Source: Eledone cirrhosa (lineage: Eukaryota). From it: a DNA stretch of 64,000 nt. The notes beneath the pieces were generated by a model. That model saw nothing but the letters and a program-made list of their open reading frames with translations, was not told where the DNA came from and made no database searches. Position 1 is the stretch's first letter, and the number at the start of each line of letters is the position of its first letter. The DNA lies in the NCBI GenBank assembly GCA_964016885.1, contig OZ024763.1, forward strand, positions 14,632,001-14,696,000. The letters are read 5' to 3'. The position numbers were made by a program, and so were the translations under genes. Positions 1 through 12,447 of the stretch are shown piece after piece.

Positions 1-123
1 TATATATATATATATATATATATAAACATATATATAAACATATATATGTATAAATAAACATATATATATATGTATGTATTTAAGGTATATGTATCCTTTT
101 GTCTATTGTATCGACGTAGATGA

Positions 124-170
<47 letters not shown>

Positions 171-241
171 TGACTGAATACACACGTGCTTTTCTCAAAA
201 AATAATTTTTTCTGTTCCTTCCTTTTCTCACTATCTTTCTA

Positions 242-275
242 TCTTCTGATGAAGGACTAGTGTCCGAAACATAAA
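242..275 (+). ncRNA. Minimal type I hammerhead ribozyme motif (Penelope-like), partly degenerate
   Basis: TCTT-CTGATGA-A-GGAC(tagt)GTCC-GAAAC at 242-270. The same family is on the minus strand at 31543-31578, where stem I TCTT/AAGA is intact. Confidence 0.75.
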
Positions 276-519
276 AACCCTTTCCTACTAAATCAAGCCT
301 TAAACTAATACATTTCTTTATTGTTCTGTGCTATTTGTTTCTTGTTTTCGTTTACTTTTTCAATACATAAACATACATCTATGCAAGTACCAGCAACAAG
401 TACCAGTAATGCACTGAGGTCAATTTAATCTATTTTCTCCCCCCTTCCCCCTACCCCCAAAAAGATTGTTGGCCTTGTGCTTAAATCAAAAACCACTATT
501 ATTACTATTGTTGTTGAAG

Positions 520-1038
520 GGTGGTAGATTGACAGAATCAGTAGAGCGTCCGGCACTATGCTTTGCGGCAAAAGTAGAAACAATTATTACAGGGTCGATA
601 AAATAAAGTACCAGTAATACACTGGGGAATTTGCTGGCCTTGTGCCTAAAGTAGAAACAATTATTACGGGGTTGATAAAGTACTAGTAATACACTGGGGT
701 ATTTGTTGGCCTTGTGCCTAAAGTAGAAACAATTATTACGGGGTTGATAAAGTACTAGTAATACACTGGGGTATTTGCTGGCCTTGTGCCTAAAGTAGAA
801 ACAATTATTACGGGGTTGATAAAGTGAAGTACCAGTAATACACTGGGGTATTTGCTGGCCTTGTGCCTAAAGTAGAAACAATTATTACGGGGTTGATAAA
901 GTACTAGTAATACACTGGGGTATTTGCTGGCCTTGTGCCTAAAGTAGAAACAGTTATTACGGGGTTGATAAAGTGAAGTACCAGTAATACACTGGGGTAA
1001 TTGCTGGCCTTGTGCCTAAAGTAGAAACAGTTATTACT
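520..1038 (+). repeat. tRNA-SINE copy followed by ~7 tandem copies (60-65 bp) of its 3' half
   Basis: Unit ttgctggccttgtgcctaaagtagaaacaattattacggggttgataaagt...agtaatacactgggg repeats in tandem and matches the 3' end of the dispersed SINE. Confidence 0.85.
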
Positions 1039-1258
1039 ACTGTCCGTACAGTTGTCTGTTTACTTTAGACGTTTTAACAATTCACCTCCGCCTCCCTCCC
1101 GCCCCCAACAATAACAACAGCACACTCACACACACACACAAACACACACACAGTCAATTACACATACACGCGCATACATATAACTGCCATAATACTCACA
1201 TACACTCAGATGACAGCCATCACACACACATATATATAACAGCCATCACACACACACA

Positions 1259-1316
<58 letters not shown>

Positions 1317-1574
1317 ACAGCCATCACACACACACTCCCACACTCCTACTCACATACACACACTCATTCACATACACACACTCATTCACATACACACACT
1401 CATTCACATACACACACTCATTCACATACACACACTCATTCACATACACACACTCATTCACACACACTCACATACAACAGCCATCACACACACACACATG
1501 TATATATCACTGCCATAGTCGGCTGCCACCCACATTCAAGGTAGCTGGTGGTGGTGTGTAGATATCTGACATCA

Positions 1575-1644
<70 letters not shown>

Positions 1645-2013
1645 TCGCAGTATCTCACACACATGAGCATCACCACCACCACCACCATCACCATCACCAC
1701 ATCATCATCAACATCACTATCAACTCCATCATCACCACCATCACCACCACCACCATAACCACCATCACCACATCATCATCATCATCAACATCACTATCAA
1801 CTCCATCATCACCACCATCGTCAACATCACATCCACTATTCCCGCCACCACCACCACCACCATCACCAACACTATTCTCGCCACCACAACACCACCATCA
1901 CTACCGTTAACATCATCACGTTCATTATTATGGTCATCACTATCCGCATCATCATCATTGTCCTTATCTTTACCACCACCACCACCACATTATATATATA
2001 TATATATATATAT

Positions 2014-2141
2014 AGGGAAAAGTATGACCCCGACGGCAGAGCTCCAGCCGTTTCGACGGCTATTTCCCACTCTACTACCCTAAGTATTGAGTACTCTGGT
2101 GCGTTATGGTCCATCTGGTTCCTTACCACACTTCCTTTGTT
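2014..2141 (+). mobile_element. Family A TA-embedded element (half-hammerhead), internally deleted copy
   Basis: Matches 3994-4190, 32296-32492 and 42282-42487. Deletion joins two ctatttc microhomologies. Flanked by (TA)n. Confidence 0.8.
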
Positions 2142-2190
2142 ATATATATATATATATATATATATAAATTTATATATATATATATATTTT

Positions 2191-2337
2191 TTATTTCTGA
2201 AGACGGCATATATATGTGTTTGGTATGTATATTTAATTTTGATAGTTTGTATAATTTTGTATAATTTTGTACATAGATCTGTTGAATATGCATGCCAATT
2301 CTAACACATATATATCCTAGAAACGATCGTTAAATAA
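2191..2337 (+). ncRNA. Type I hammerhead ribozyme with ~115-nt stem II
   Basis: TTATTT-CTGAAGA-[gg-catatatatgtgtt-tggtatgtat...atgcatgcca-attct-aacacatatatat-cc]-ta-GAAAC-GATC-GTT-AAATAA, giving a 6-bp stem I. A partial minus-strand copy near 40190-40270 has a GTA triplet. Confidence 0.75.
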
Positions 2338-2535
2338 TGAACTTTTTTAGTTTAATATAAGGAACTGTTTCATTGTTTTATTCATTATTTTTTTAATATT
2401 TTATCTTGACTCTGTATTCCGTTTATCTTTCACCGAAAGTGATTTTTCATTGCATCTCTTCTTTCCATGATATCCGGATTACATTGAGTTCTTCATACGG
2501 ATTGGACACTACCGTAAACTCTTGGTAGATTTATC

Positions 2536-2675
<140 letters not shown>

Positions 2676-2839
2676 AAGTCCATAGAATCAATAGATAAAA
2701 TATATACAGTATTTCTTCTCCTAATCAACTTCTCCTTGTCTAGTTTATATGTATATACCCTTTAAATTTATATATATATAGGAGACCATCACTAATCTAT
2801 TAATGTCGATGTAATTTTTATATCGATATTATTTGGGCA

Positions 2840-2962
2840 TCCACTGATGAGTTTATAAGAGCCCGCTTGTGTATAAAACTCGGATTATATACAAGTTTCT
2901 ACATAACCTGGACATTATTTATCCCAAATTGTAGAAATCTTATAACGAAACGATCGTCTGGA
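2840..2962 (+). ncRNA. Type I hammerhead ribozyme with ~95-nt stem II and GUC cleavage site
   Basis: TCCA-CTGATGA-GTTTATAAGA...TCTTATAAC-GAAAC-GATC-GTC-TGGA, with inner hairpin tttctaca/tgtagaaa. Predicted cleavage after 2958. Confidence 0.85.
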
Positions 2963-3306
2963 AGGAAAGAGATATTTATTTAATTATGTCTCATATAAAA
3001 TAATACAACCAGCTATCCACGAAATACTGATTAGTTAGCACCCCAAACACTAAATTAGGATAATACTTAAGTATATCCTAATGTTTGTTGAGTGAGATGG
3101 AGTTGGTCGGAGTATCGCTTAAGGCTTTCTCTGTTAATGTATTATATATATATATATAAGGTGAGTAATATTGTAGAACAATAAAACTATGCATATTCAG
3201 ATAAGTAGCACTCAACAGTTAGTAGGCTTAGCACTCAACAGTTGGTAGACTTAGCACTTTCCTATAAACAAGTGCTATTATGCCTCATATCATTGTACCT
3301 TATTTT

Positions 3307-3368
3307 TTACCTGAAGAGAACACAACATCTGTCCCAGGATGATTTTGTATTCGAAATACGTATAATAA
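3307..3368 (+). ncRNA. Type I hammerhead motif, slightly degenerate
   Basis: TTAC-CTGAAGA-GAAcACAA...TTGTaTTC-GAAAT-ACGT-ATA-ATAA. Confidence 0.65.
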
Positions 3369-3406
3369 CATATATGGAACTCTTATAACCATCTTTATTT
3401 CATCTT

Positions 3407-3440
<34 letters not shown>

Positions 3441-3949
3441 CTTTGTTAGACTATATATATGTGTTTATATCTATATTATATCTGTATTTTTGACCGTTGG
3501 TCAGTCAATGGTAAGCATTGAGGACCGAATAACTTAACTGATATAAAAGATACAGAAGCGAAAACCAACCAAACAGTGAGTGTGTTCTGTTATTAATTCT
3601 GGCAATATTATTACAACAATATGACCCTACCCAAGTATAATATATATATATACACACACATACATATATATATATATAAGGTAGATTAAATAAGTTGATA
3701 ATACCACTATATAAGGAAGACATATATTCAAAGCTCTAATTTTATTATCCACAGTAAGATTGGCAAAAGACAGTTCAAAGTTTAAACAGAACATTGACTT
3801 TATTGTAGTCAACTGATTCAATTATATACACAGGGTGACCACAATTTTGGAAATATTTACTTCTGCGTTCACAGATTGATTTTTTTTAGTTTCAGAAGAT
3901 CCCGTTAAGGGTGAAAGCAGCGATTCTTTGCTTGAACTTTAATCTGTTA

Positions 3950-3993
<44 letters not shown>

Positions 3994-3996
<3 letters not shown>

Positions 3997-4185
3997 GAAA
4001 AAGTAAGACCCCGACGGCAGATCTCAAGCCGTTTCGACGGCTATTTCTGGACTCGAAATAGCCGTCGAAACGGCTTGAGTCCAGCCGTCGGGGTCTTACT
4101 TTTTCCTATTTCCCACTCTACTATCCTAAGTATTGAGTACTCTGGTGCGTTATGGTCCATTTGGTTCTTTACCACAATTCCTTTG

Positions 4186-4190
<5 letters not shown>
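3994..4190 (+). mobile_element. Family A fold-back element
   Basis: Palindrome aggaaaaagtaagaccccgacggc...gtttc|gacggctatttc..gaaatagccgtc|gaaac...gccgtcggggtcttactttttcct plus a tail with ttgagtact. (TA)n on both sides. Confidence 0.85.
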
Positions 4191-4231
<41 letters not shown>

Positions 4232-4270
4232 GTATATATATATATACGTAAATATATATATATATATACG

Positions 4271-4313
<43 letters not shown>

Positions 4314-4445
4314 TTACGTATATATATATATATATATTTACGTATATATATATATACGTATATATATATATATATATTTACGTATATATATATATACGTA
4401 TATATATATATATATATATATATATTTACGTATATATATATATAC

Positions 4446-4485
<40 letters not shown>

Positions 4486-4525
4486 GTATATATATATATA
4501 CGTATATATATATATATATATATAC

Positions 4526-4612
<87 letters not shown>

Positions 4613-4613
4613 C

Positions 4614-4658
<45 letters not shown>

Positions 4659-4926
4659 TTACGTATATATATAGTAATAAGAATATTTATATTGATATAT
4701 GTTTAATACAACTATAAATATGGAGGGTAGTACTAAGTACTAGCTGGTTACCGGTATTATATATATAATATATAATACATATATATATAATAGTAGAACA
4801 CTGGAGGGTTATATCCGTACATATATATATATAATACATATATATATAATAGTAGAACACTGGAGGGTTATATCCATAGTAGTAGAGCACTCAGTCCATG
4901 GGACGAGTTTTGTAGAAGTGGTTACC

Positions 4927-5047
4927 CAACAGTTAGTTCACCATACCGAGAACAATTGTTTCACCTTATGCGGATCTTCAGCTCAGCTCGGTCTGAAGAT
5001 CCGCATAAGGTGAAACATTTGTTCTCGGTATGGTGAACTAACTGTTG
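4927..5047. mobile_element. Fold-back palindrome (~55-bp arms) with a hammerhead motif in each arm
   Basis: Arms 4927-4981 and 4993-5047. Minus strand reads CTGAG-CTGAAGA-tCC(gcataa)GGt-GAAAC-AATT-GTT-CTCGG. Confidence 0.8.
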
Positions 5048-5101
5048 TGGAACTACCTTTTTATATATTTATATTATATAACAGTATACATATATATATA
5101 T

Positions 5102-5488
5102 AGCAATGCCTGTGCCGTGAAGCTTTTATAGTGAGCAAAGGCACTGCACAAAGCCAGTCCCACTCTCTTAACCAAGATGATATTTACCAAAATGAAGAAC
5201 AAATCAACATCATTGGATACCATCAGAGTTGCAGGTGTTATATCAGAGTTTTCCTTCTCCTAGAATTCTGCCTTGACAAAGGCTAAGGGGTCATCTCTCC
5301 CAGTGATTTTGGATGGCCATTGATTCTTAAGAGCTCCTTTGCCCTTTGACAGGTTTTGTTTTTAGTCCTGCAGGATGTCCAAAGTTACCCTCCTCACCAA
5401 GAAACCTTGGTGGGGTTGCCAGTTTAGTCGCCAACGACCCGACCATGAGACAGGTTGTACTGGGATACATGTTACCAGTAGCACCAAC
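5102..5488 (-). mobile_element. RTE-like LINE 5' UTR-derived fragment
   Basis: Near-identical reverse complement of 9080-9462. Contains ctaggagaaggaaaactctga, resembling RTE 5' regions. Confidence 0.6.
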
Positions 5489-6517
5489 ATACATATATAC
5501 ATACATACTTATATATATACATACATACATATACACACATATATACATACATACACACATACACATATATACATACATATACATACATATACACATACAT
5601 ATATATACATACATACACATATATACATGCATATACATATATATATACACATACATATATACGTACATGTACATGCATACATATACATACATATATACGT
5701 ACATATACATGCATACATATATACGTACATATATATATATATATATATATATATTGATATTATACGATGTGATATGATATGATAGTTTAGCTGGGCTGGG
5801 CTGGTTTGATATATTCTTTTCAGCGTCTGCGCCAAAAGTCCATCAGCGTGGCTCTTTCGTAGAACACCGGCACCGCCGACAACAACAACAACACCACCAC
5901 CAACACCACCAACACCAGTATTCAGAAACCACTACATGCCCCCCCCCCCTCCCAACCACCACCACCACCAACGCCACCATCACTCAGAAACCACTACATG
6001 CACCCAACCACCACCAACACCAACGCCACCATCACTCAGAAACCACTACATGCACCACCCTCCCCCACCACCAACACCACTACTCATAAACCACTACATT
6101 CACCCCCACCAACCACCACCACCGCCGCCATCTTCACCGACACAGCCCAGCCCCACGACTCACAAGTCTTTCGGCTCCTCAATTCAAAAGCTAAGCAATG
6201 TTTATAAAAGACGTGACTCGATGATATAATATGGAGCTTTCAAGATGGCGTCTTGTATTTTCCATATGTTCAAACAATGTTTTGACAGGTATGAGAAGCT
6301 TGAAAATACTTTGACGAGAGATATTCTTCGCTTCTTAAGAAAACATTTGTCCAGGCCTTTTTATTATTACTATTACTACTAGTACTACTACTACTATTAT
6401 TATTATGTTCTTGAAGAGACACTATATAGCTTAATGGACTATTATCTCTACCCCTCCCCACCCACTCCCCCCTCTATTTCTCTCTCTCTCTACGTCAACG
6501 CTACATGTAAATGTATG

Positions 6518-6548
<31 letters not shown>

Positions 6549-6894
6549 GTACATATACATATGTACTCGCATACATACATATATATATTTACACAAATAT
6601 ATATATACATTATATATGTATGTAGATGTATATATATATATATACACATATATATATATATATATGTAGATGTATATATATACATATATATAAGTAGATG
6701 TATATATATACGTATATATATGTATATGTAGATGTATATATATACGTATATATATATATGTAGATGTATATATATACATATATATGTATATGTATATATA
6801 TACGTATATATATATATGTAGATGTATATATATACATATATATATGTATATGTATATATATACATATATATATATATATATGTATATGTAGATG

Positions 6895-6935
<41 letters not shown>

Positions 6936-7016
6936 GTAGATATATATATATATATGTATGTATATACATCTACATATACATATATATATATATATGTATG
7001 TATATACATGTAGATG

Positions 7017-7058
<42 letters not shown>

Positions 7059-7122
7059 GATGTATATACATACATACATACATACATACATACATACATA
7101 CATACATACATACATACATACA

Positions 7123-7153
<31 letters not shown>

Positions 7154-7253
7154 GTATGTACGTATGTACGTATGTGCGTGTGCGTGTGTGTGTGTGAGAG
7201 AGACACATATCTACAAGCATACAGAGACACAGAAATGTGGGTCTGGGTTCAGT

Positions 7254-7576
7254 TCTATTGGGTGGCACCTTGAAAGAGACGAGTGTGTTTCCTGCCCCGT
7301 AATCTTAGATTGACCAATTGCTTACCAGTGTCATTTGGTAGGCGGAAACTGCACGGAAGCCTATCGTGAATATAATAAATATATATATATGGAGTTTAGT
7401 CTTCAAATTTATTATTATTACTATATATATATATTATATATATTTATTTATTTATTATATTTACGATAGGCTTCCGTGCAGTTTCCGTCTACCAAATGAC
7501 ACTGATAATCAATTGGTCAATCTAAGATTACGGGACAAGAAAGACACTTGTCTCTTCCAAGGGGCTACCCAATAGA
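7254..7576. repeat. Inverted pair of ~120-bp repeat fragments around an AT-rich spacer
   Basis: 7254-7378 is the diverged reverse complement of 7453-7576 (gataggcttccgtgcagtttccgtctaccaaatgacactg...). Confidence 0.8.
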
Positions 7577-7807
7577 TAAAGGGATATTTAATTTGTTGGT
7601 AATTCAACAAATATATATATTTATAACTGATTCGAAGCACTCAACACGTTTTCTGGAGTATAATATCAATGATATTAATAAATGGAAACTATATTTATAA
7701 AACCATATTTATTCGTGAGCCCGAAATATTGGGATTAAATCTCCACTACGGTAACCCTTCTACCTTTGTTTTGTTTTCATCTTTGTCTCTCTCAATTTTC
7801 ACTTTCT

Positions 7808-7860
7808 CTATTATATATATTTCAAGGCTACCCAAACTTTGGTACGCGCTCATCAGATAA
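7808..7860 (-). ncRNA. Type I hammerhead motif
   Basis: Minus strand: TTAT-CTGATGA-gcgcgTACC(aaagtttg)GGTAgcctt-GAAAT-ATAT-ATA-ATAG. Confidence 0.65.
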
Positions 7861-8142
7861 AATACAAAGTTTGTTTGATAAATATTGACATATCCAGGAA
7901 GGAGATCTTAACGGTTCAAGTTTTTCCTGGATAGTAAAAGGAAAAAGGGGAAAGAGAGGAAAAGTCAAATATTTCAAATTATTAAGATGAATATGCAAAT
8001 GAGGTTGAGGTATAGGGCTGGAAAAAAACGTTATTTTTAGACGCTAGGTAGATTTAAATAATTATTAGGATATATATATGTATGTGTAGGAAGAAGAAAG
8101 AGAAAGAAAGAAAAGCTTGTATTTACGTAAATTTAAAAGGAA

Positions 8143-8186
<44 letters not shown>

Positions 8187-8320
8187 TTCCTTGTAAGCTA
8201 CAGGCACATTTCGGCCGAACGCCACCGGTAGTAAATTCATTCGCACCGTTTCCTTTCGCTATATGTCTCTCCACCACTCCCCTACACACCCTTTGAACTC
8301 TGTTCCCACACACTTCTCAC

Positions 8321-8349
8321 CTGAGGAAGGGCTTATGCCCGAAACGTCA
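8321..8349 (+). ncRNA. Minimal hammerhead motif (Penelope-like)
   Basis: CTGAGGA-A-GGGC(ttat)GCCC-GAAAC-GTC, followed by AATAAA and then (TA)n. Confidence 0.75.
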
Positions 8350-8438
8350 CTCCCCACCACCACCCCACTCTCCAGAGCGTGAAATTAATAAACATTCGTT
8401 GTACTGCCTCTCTGTTTTGTTCCTGTTCAAATTTTTCC

Positions 8439-8474
<36 letters not shown>

Positions 8475-8614
8475 AACAATGAATTATATGGTTTGTTGAT
8501 TATTCAACAAAGTTAATTTTACAACAGATTATAAGCACTCTACAGTTTATCTGGGGTATCATTAATATTAAGAATATTAATAAATGGAAAATATCTTTAT
8601 AAAACAATATTTAT

Positions 8615-8669
8615 TTTATTATACGTATTTCAAGGGTACTAATATTTAAGTACGCTTTCGTCAGATAAA
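8615..8669 (-). ncRNA. Type I hammerhead ribozyme
   Basis: Minus strand: TTTAT-CTGACGA-AAGcGTACT(taaatatt)AGTACcCTT-GAAAT-ACGT-ATA-ATAAA. Lies in a partial inverted repeat (8572-8630 / 8745-8803). Confidence 0.85.
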
Positions 8670-9074
8670 CTATAATAATTGGTGTAAAGATAGTGACATA
8701 TCTTCATGTGAACTTAATGGTATAAGCCCAATGAAGACACCTTGGAATACGTATAATAAAATAAATATGGTTTTATAAATATATTTTCCATTTATTAATA
8801 TTCTCTCTATATATATATGGCTTGTATATTTGTGTGTATCTATGTCTATATTTACGTAGCTGTTTGCTTATATGTCCCGTAACTTTGCGGTTCGAAAATT
8901 AAGATCGATAAAATGAATATCAGGGTTGACACGATCGATTAAAACTCTTTGTGGCTGTATCTGAGCATTACTTCAGTCCAATCACTGAAACCAATAAAAG
9001 AATGTGTGTGTGTGTGTGTGTGTATTCGTCAATGTGTGTGTATGTATGCCTCTATGTGTGTGTATGTCAGGTCA

Positions 9075-9673
9075 CCACTTGGTGCTACTGGTAACATGTA
9101 TGCCAGTACAACCTGTTTCGTGGTCGGGTCGTTGGCGACTAATCTGGCAACCCCACCAAGGTTTCTTGGTGAGGAGGGTGACTTTGGACATCCTGCAGGG
9201 CTAAAAACAAAACCTGTCAAATGGCAAAGGAGCTCTTAAGAGTCAATGGCCATCCAAAATCACCGGGAGAGATGACCCCTTAGCCTTTGTCAAGGTAGAA
9301 TTCTAGGAGAAGGAAAACTCTGATATAACACCTGCAACTCTGATGGTATCCAATGATGTTGACTTGTTCTTCTTTTTGGTAAATATCATCTTGATTAAGA
9401 GAGTGGGACTGGCTTTGTGCAGTGCCTTTGCCCACTATAAAAGTTCACGGCACAGGCATTGCTTTATATCTGGAGATCTCTCTGCACGTGTCGTCACATG
9501 GTACCATGGACCCAGCACTATGTGTCAGTAATTGTCACAAGTCTAGTGTTTGTACCAGAGTTTTCAAGTCGCTGGCTGGACTAAATAGTCACACTCATTC
9601 AGCGCATCGGTAGGGGTTCTCCTACATGGATATAAAGTAGTGGCCGTACTCGAAAACGAGTTGGCAGCCACCA
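9075..9673 (+). mobile_element. Bipartite non-autonomous RTE-like element (5' UTR joined to 3' end)
   Basis: 5' part is shared with 5102-5488 and related to 40690-40930. The 3' part encodes C..VCTRVFKSLAGLNSH..., a zinc-finger-like RTE C-terminus. The terminal tggccgtactcgaaaacgag..ggcagcca also occurs near 40975-41005. Confidence 0.6.
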
Positions 9674-11267
9674 TGTGTGTGTATGTATGCGTCTATGTGT
9701 GTGGTGAGTGTGTGTGTATGTGTGTGCGTTTATGTGTGTGGTGTGTGTATGTATGCGTCTATGTGTGTAGCGTGTGTGTGGCGTGTGTATGCGTCTATGT
9801 GTGTAGCGTGTGTGTGGCGTGTGTATGTGTAAGTGCATCCATCTTATCTCAAAACGAGGTTGCATTAACTGGTACTTATCCCCATAACAAGGTTCTCCCT
9901 GGTCGTTACTTTACAGTAAAAATAAAAAATATAGTAAAACCTATGAACTGTACTAGTGTTTCCAGGCTTAAACACAAAACAAGAAATAATCTCTGGAACA
10001 ATCCAGCAGATAGGTTAAACATCCGCATTCACATTATCAGAGACTTTAATCACCAAGACCGTTGAGAGGGAGGTCTAGCCGGTTCGTTGCCCCACAGCAA
10101 CCATACAACATCCATTTTGAGAAGAAAAAGAATCTTTGCCTGCTTCGTGTCCCAAAAGGGGTCTTGTACCACCTTGCAAAATTTCTCTTGGAAGCCCTGT
10201 TAATCACTATATATAATTGATATAAAATATTTAACAGAAATATAATTAAGGTAAGCTATTCGTGTAATGAACTTTCTTCCAAGTGTCAGAAATCTATCTA
10301 ACAATACAGAGTTTAAAATAAAAAAAAATTGATATTATCTGAGATGTAAATATTTCAGAAACTACAAAATCTCGGACACATACCTTTGAACTTCCCAGTC
10401 AAATTTTGAGGAATATATCTTATGTTGGTCAACATTAAGCCTGCTCAGTCTCGCTGTACGAAAGTAACAGTCCTTATCGACTCAACATGTTTCATATACA
10501 CGTGTAAAACAACTAGTGGCATGAATAGTACAAACATTTAACAAGATGGAAGAGTCGATAGTGTAAAAATACACGCACACAGGTACACCAGGTCCGAACA
10601 CAGAGGAACCGAACTTCCACTGCCATCGCCTCCGTCTCTTTCACCCTCCCCATCTCTCACTATTACTAGCAAATGTGGTTCCACATGCTGGCCGTTCCAC
10701 GGCCACGGCGGACAGAATAGAGATGTTTCCCCGGGGGAAGGTAAGGGAGATAGGCAAGAAGAGCCATTCCATCTCGTGAGGCTCACATCTGCGCCTAGCC
10801 AGCTCAGCGCCTATGGTGATGAGTAAAGCGGTGACCCAAGGACACCAGAAGTCTCTACTGCTAGGGGCTCGACTACAAACCTGTTGGAGAGCGACCGATG
10901 TTGTCCTAGACTTTCTAGTTTTGGGGATATTTACATCGCAAATGATATCTAACTATTTAAACCCCCCATATACACCCTTGTTACTGTACTACCCCCTATG
11001 TATGTCCCCATAACGAATATTGTGTTTCGAATAGTTTAGTTTGTCTAACTCGACAACAGAAGTGTCCTTACATCTTTTGTACCCTGGGGGAAGTAATGGA
11101 GTGGAGGGGAGGAAGGATCATAACTTTTTTATGATAATCAATTTTGGCAAAATAATTACCAGTGTTTTTCTAATCTGTCCTCATATTGTCACATCCCCAC
11201 CCCACATATCTCAGCTGTTACCCTAGTGGCAAATAAAAGACATGATTATAATTATTATCATCATTAA

Positions 11268-11747
11268 GGGCAGTGAATTGGCAGAACCGGTAGAGCGCCG
11301 GAGAAAGTATTTTGTAGCATTTAGTCCTGATTTCAAATTTCAAATCCCGCCGAGGTTAGCTTTGCCTTTCATCCATAAGGGGTCGATAAAATAAAGTACC
11401 AGTAATGTACTGGGGTCGATTTAATCGACTTATCCCTCTCCAAAAAATTGTTGGCCTTGTGCCTAAATCAGAAACCATTATCAATCTATCTATATAATAA
11501 ATCTGTGATTGCTTGCTTGTCTGTAATTTAATACAGACAAAAGGGCGCAAAATGGGAAAATACTTTGAAAGGAAGTTGACCCTAAAATGGAGATACAAAT
11601 GGAATAAAACAAGTTTCGCATAAATCGGACCACGGGTTCCCGAGATATCGGCTTTTTTCCGGGTAACTTCATAAATAGAGAGAGAGGGAGAGAAAGATAG
11701 AGAGCGGGAGAGGAGACAGAGAAGGAGAATGGAAGAGAGAGATGTTG

Positions 11748-11841
<94 letters not shown>

Positions 11842-12387
11842 CCTGTGGCATATAGTTATGTCCCTTTACGTTCTCAGTTCAAATCTCACCGATGTTAGCT
11901 TTGCCTTTCGTCCTTACGGGGGTCGACAAAATAAAGTACCAGTAATACAATGGCGTCAATTTAATTAACTCTCTCCTCCCCTCATAATTTCTCGTCCTTG
12001 TTTCTAAACCAGAAACCAAGGGCAGTGGATTGACAGTATCGATAGGGGGGGGGGGGTCGGACAACGGTATGTTCAAATCCCGCCGAGGTTAGCGTTGCTT
12101 TCCATCCTTACGGGGTGAATAAAATAAAGTACCAGTAATGTACTGGGGTAATTGCTGGCCTTGTGTCAAAAGTAGAAACAATTATTATAAACATCTACAG
12201 GCGGTGGCTTGGCAATATCGGTAGAGGGTCGGACGCCATGCTTTGCAGCATAGAGTTACGGTCCTTTACGGTCTGAGTTCAAATCCCGTCGTGGTTAGCT
12301 TCGCCTTTCATCTTGACGGGGTCGATTTAATCGACTCTCCCCTCCTCCAAAATTGCTGGCCTTGTGCCTAAATCAAAAACCCCTTAT
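11268..12387 (+). mobile_element. Cluster of four tRNA-derived SINE copies
   Basis: Copies at about 11268-11480, 11850-12018, 12020-12188 and 12199-12387. A-box-like tggcagaaccgg, B-box gttcaaatccc, central gcctttcatccttacggggtcgataaaataaagtaccag and an (ATT)n tail. Confidence 0.85.
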
Positions 12388-12447
12388 CATTGCTGACGAT
12401 GTGATGTATGACACCACCTGTTTTCCAGGGTCGGCCATTATAGAATT

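Noticed and set aside
9080-9155. HDV-like ribozyme at the 5' end of the RTE-derived element
   Set aside because: A P4-like hairpin, CTAA and a possible P2 are visible, but P1 and P3/L3 could not be built by eye.
10540-11245. GC-richer unique stretch, possible exon or LINE 3' end
   Set aside because: No recognisable protein motif. Only the end (ccctagtggcaaataaaaga) weakly resembles the 33230-33250 LINE tail.
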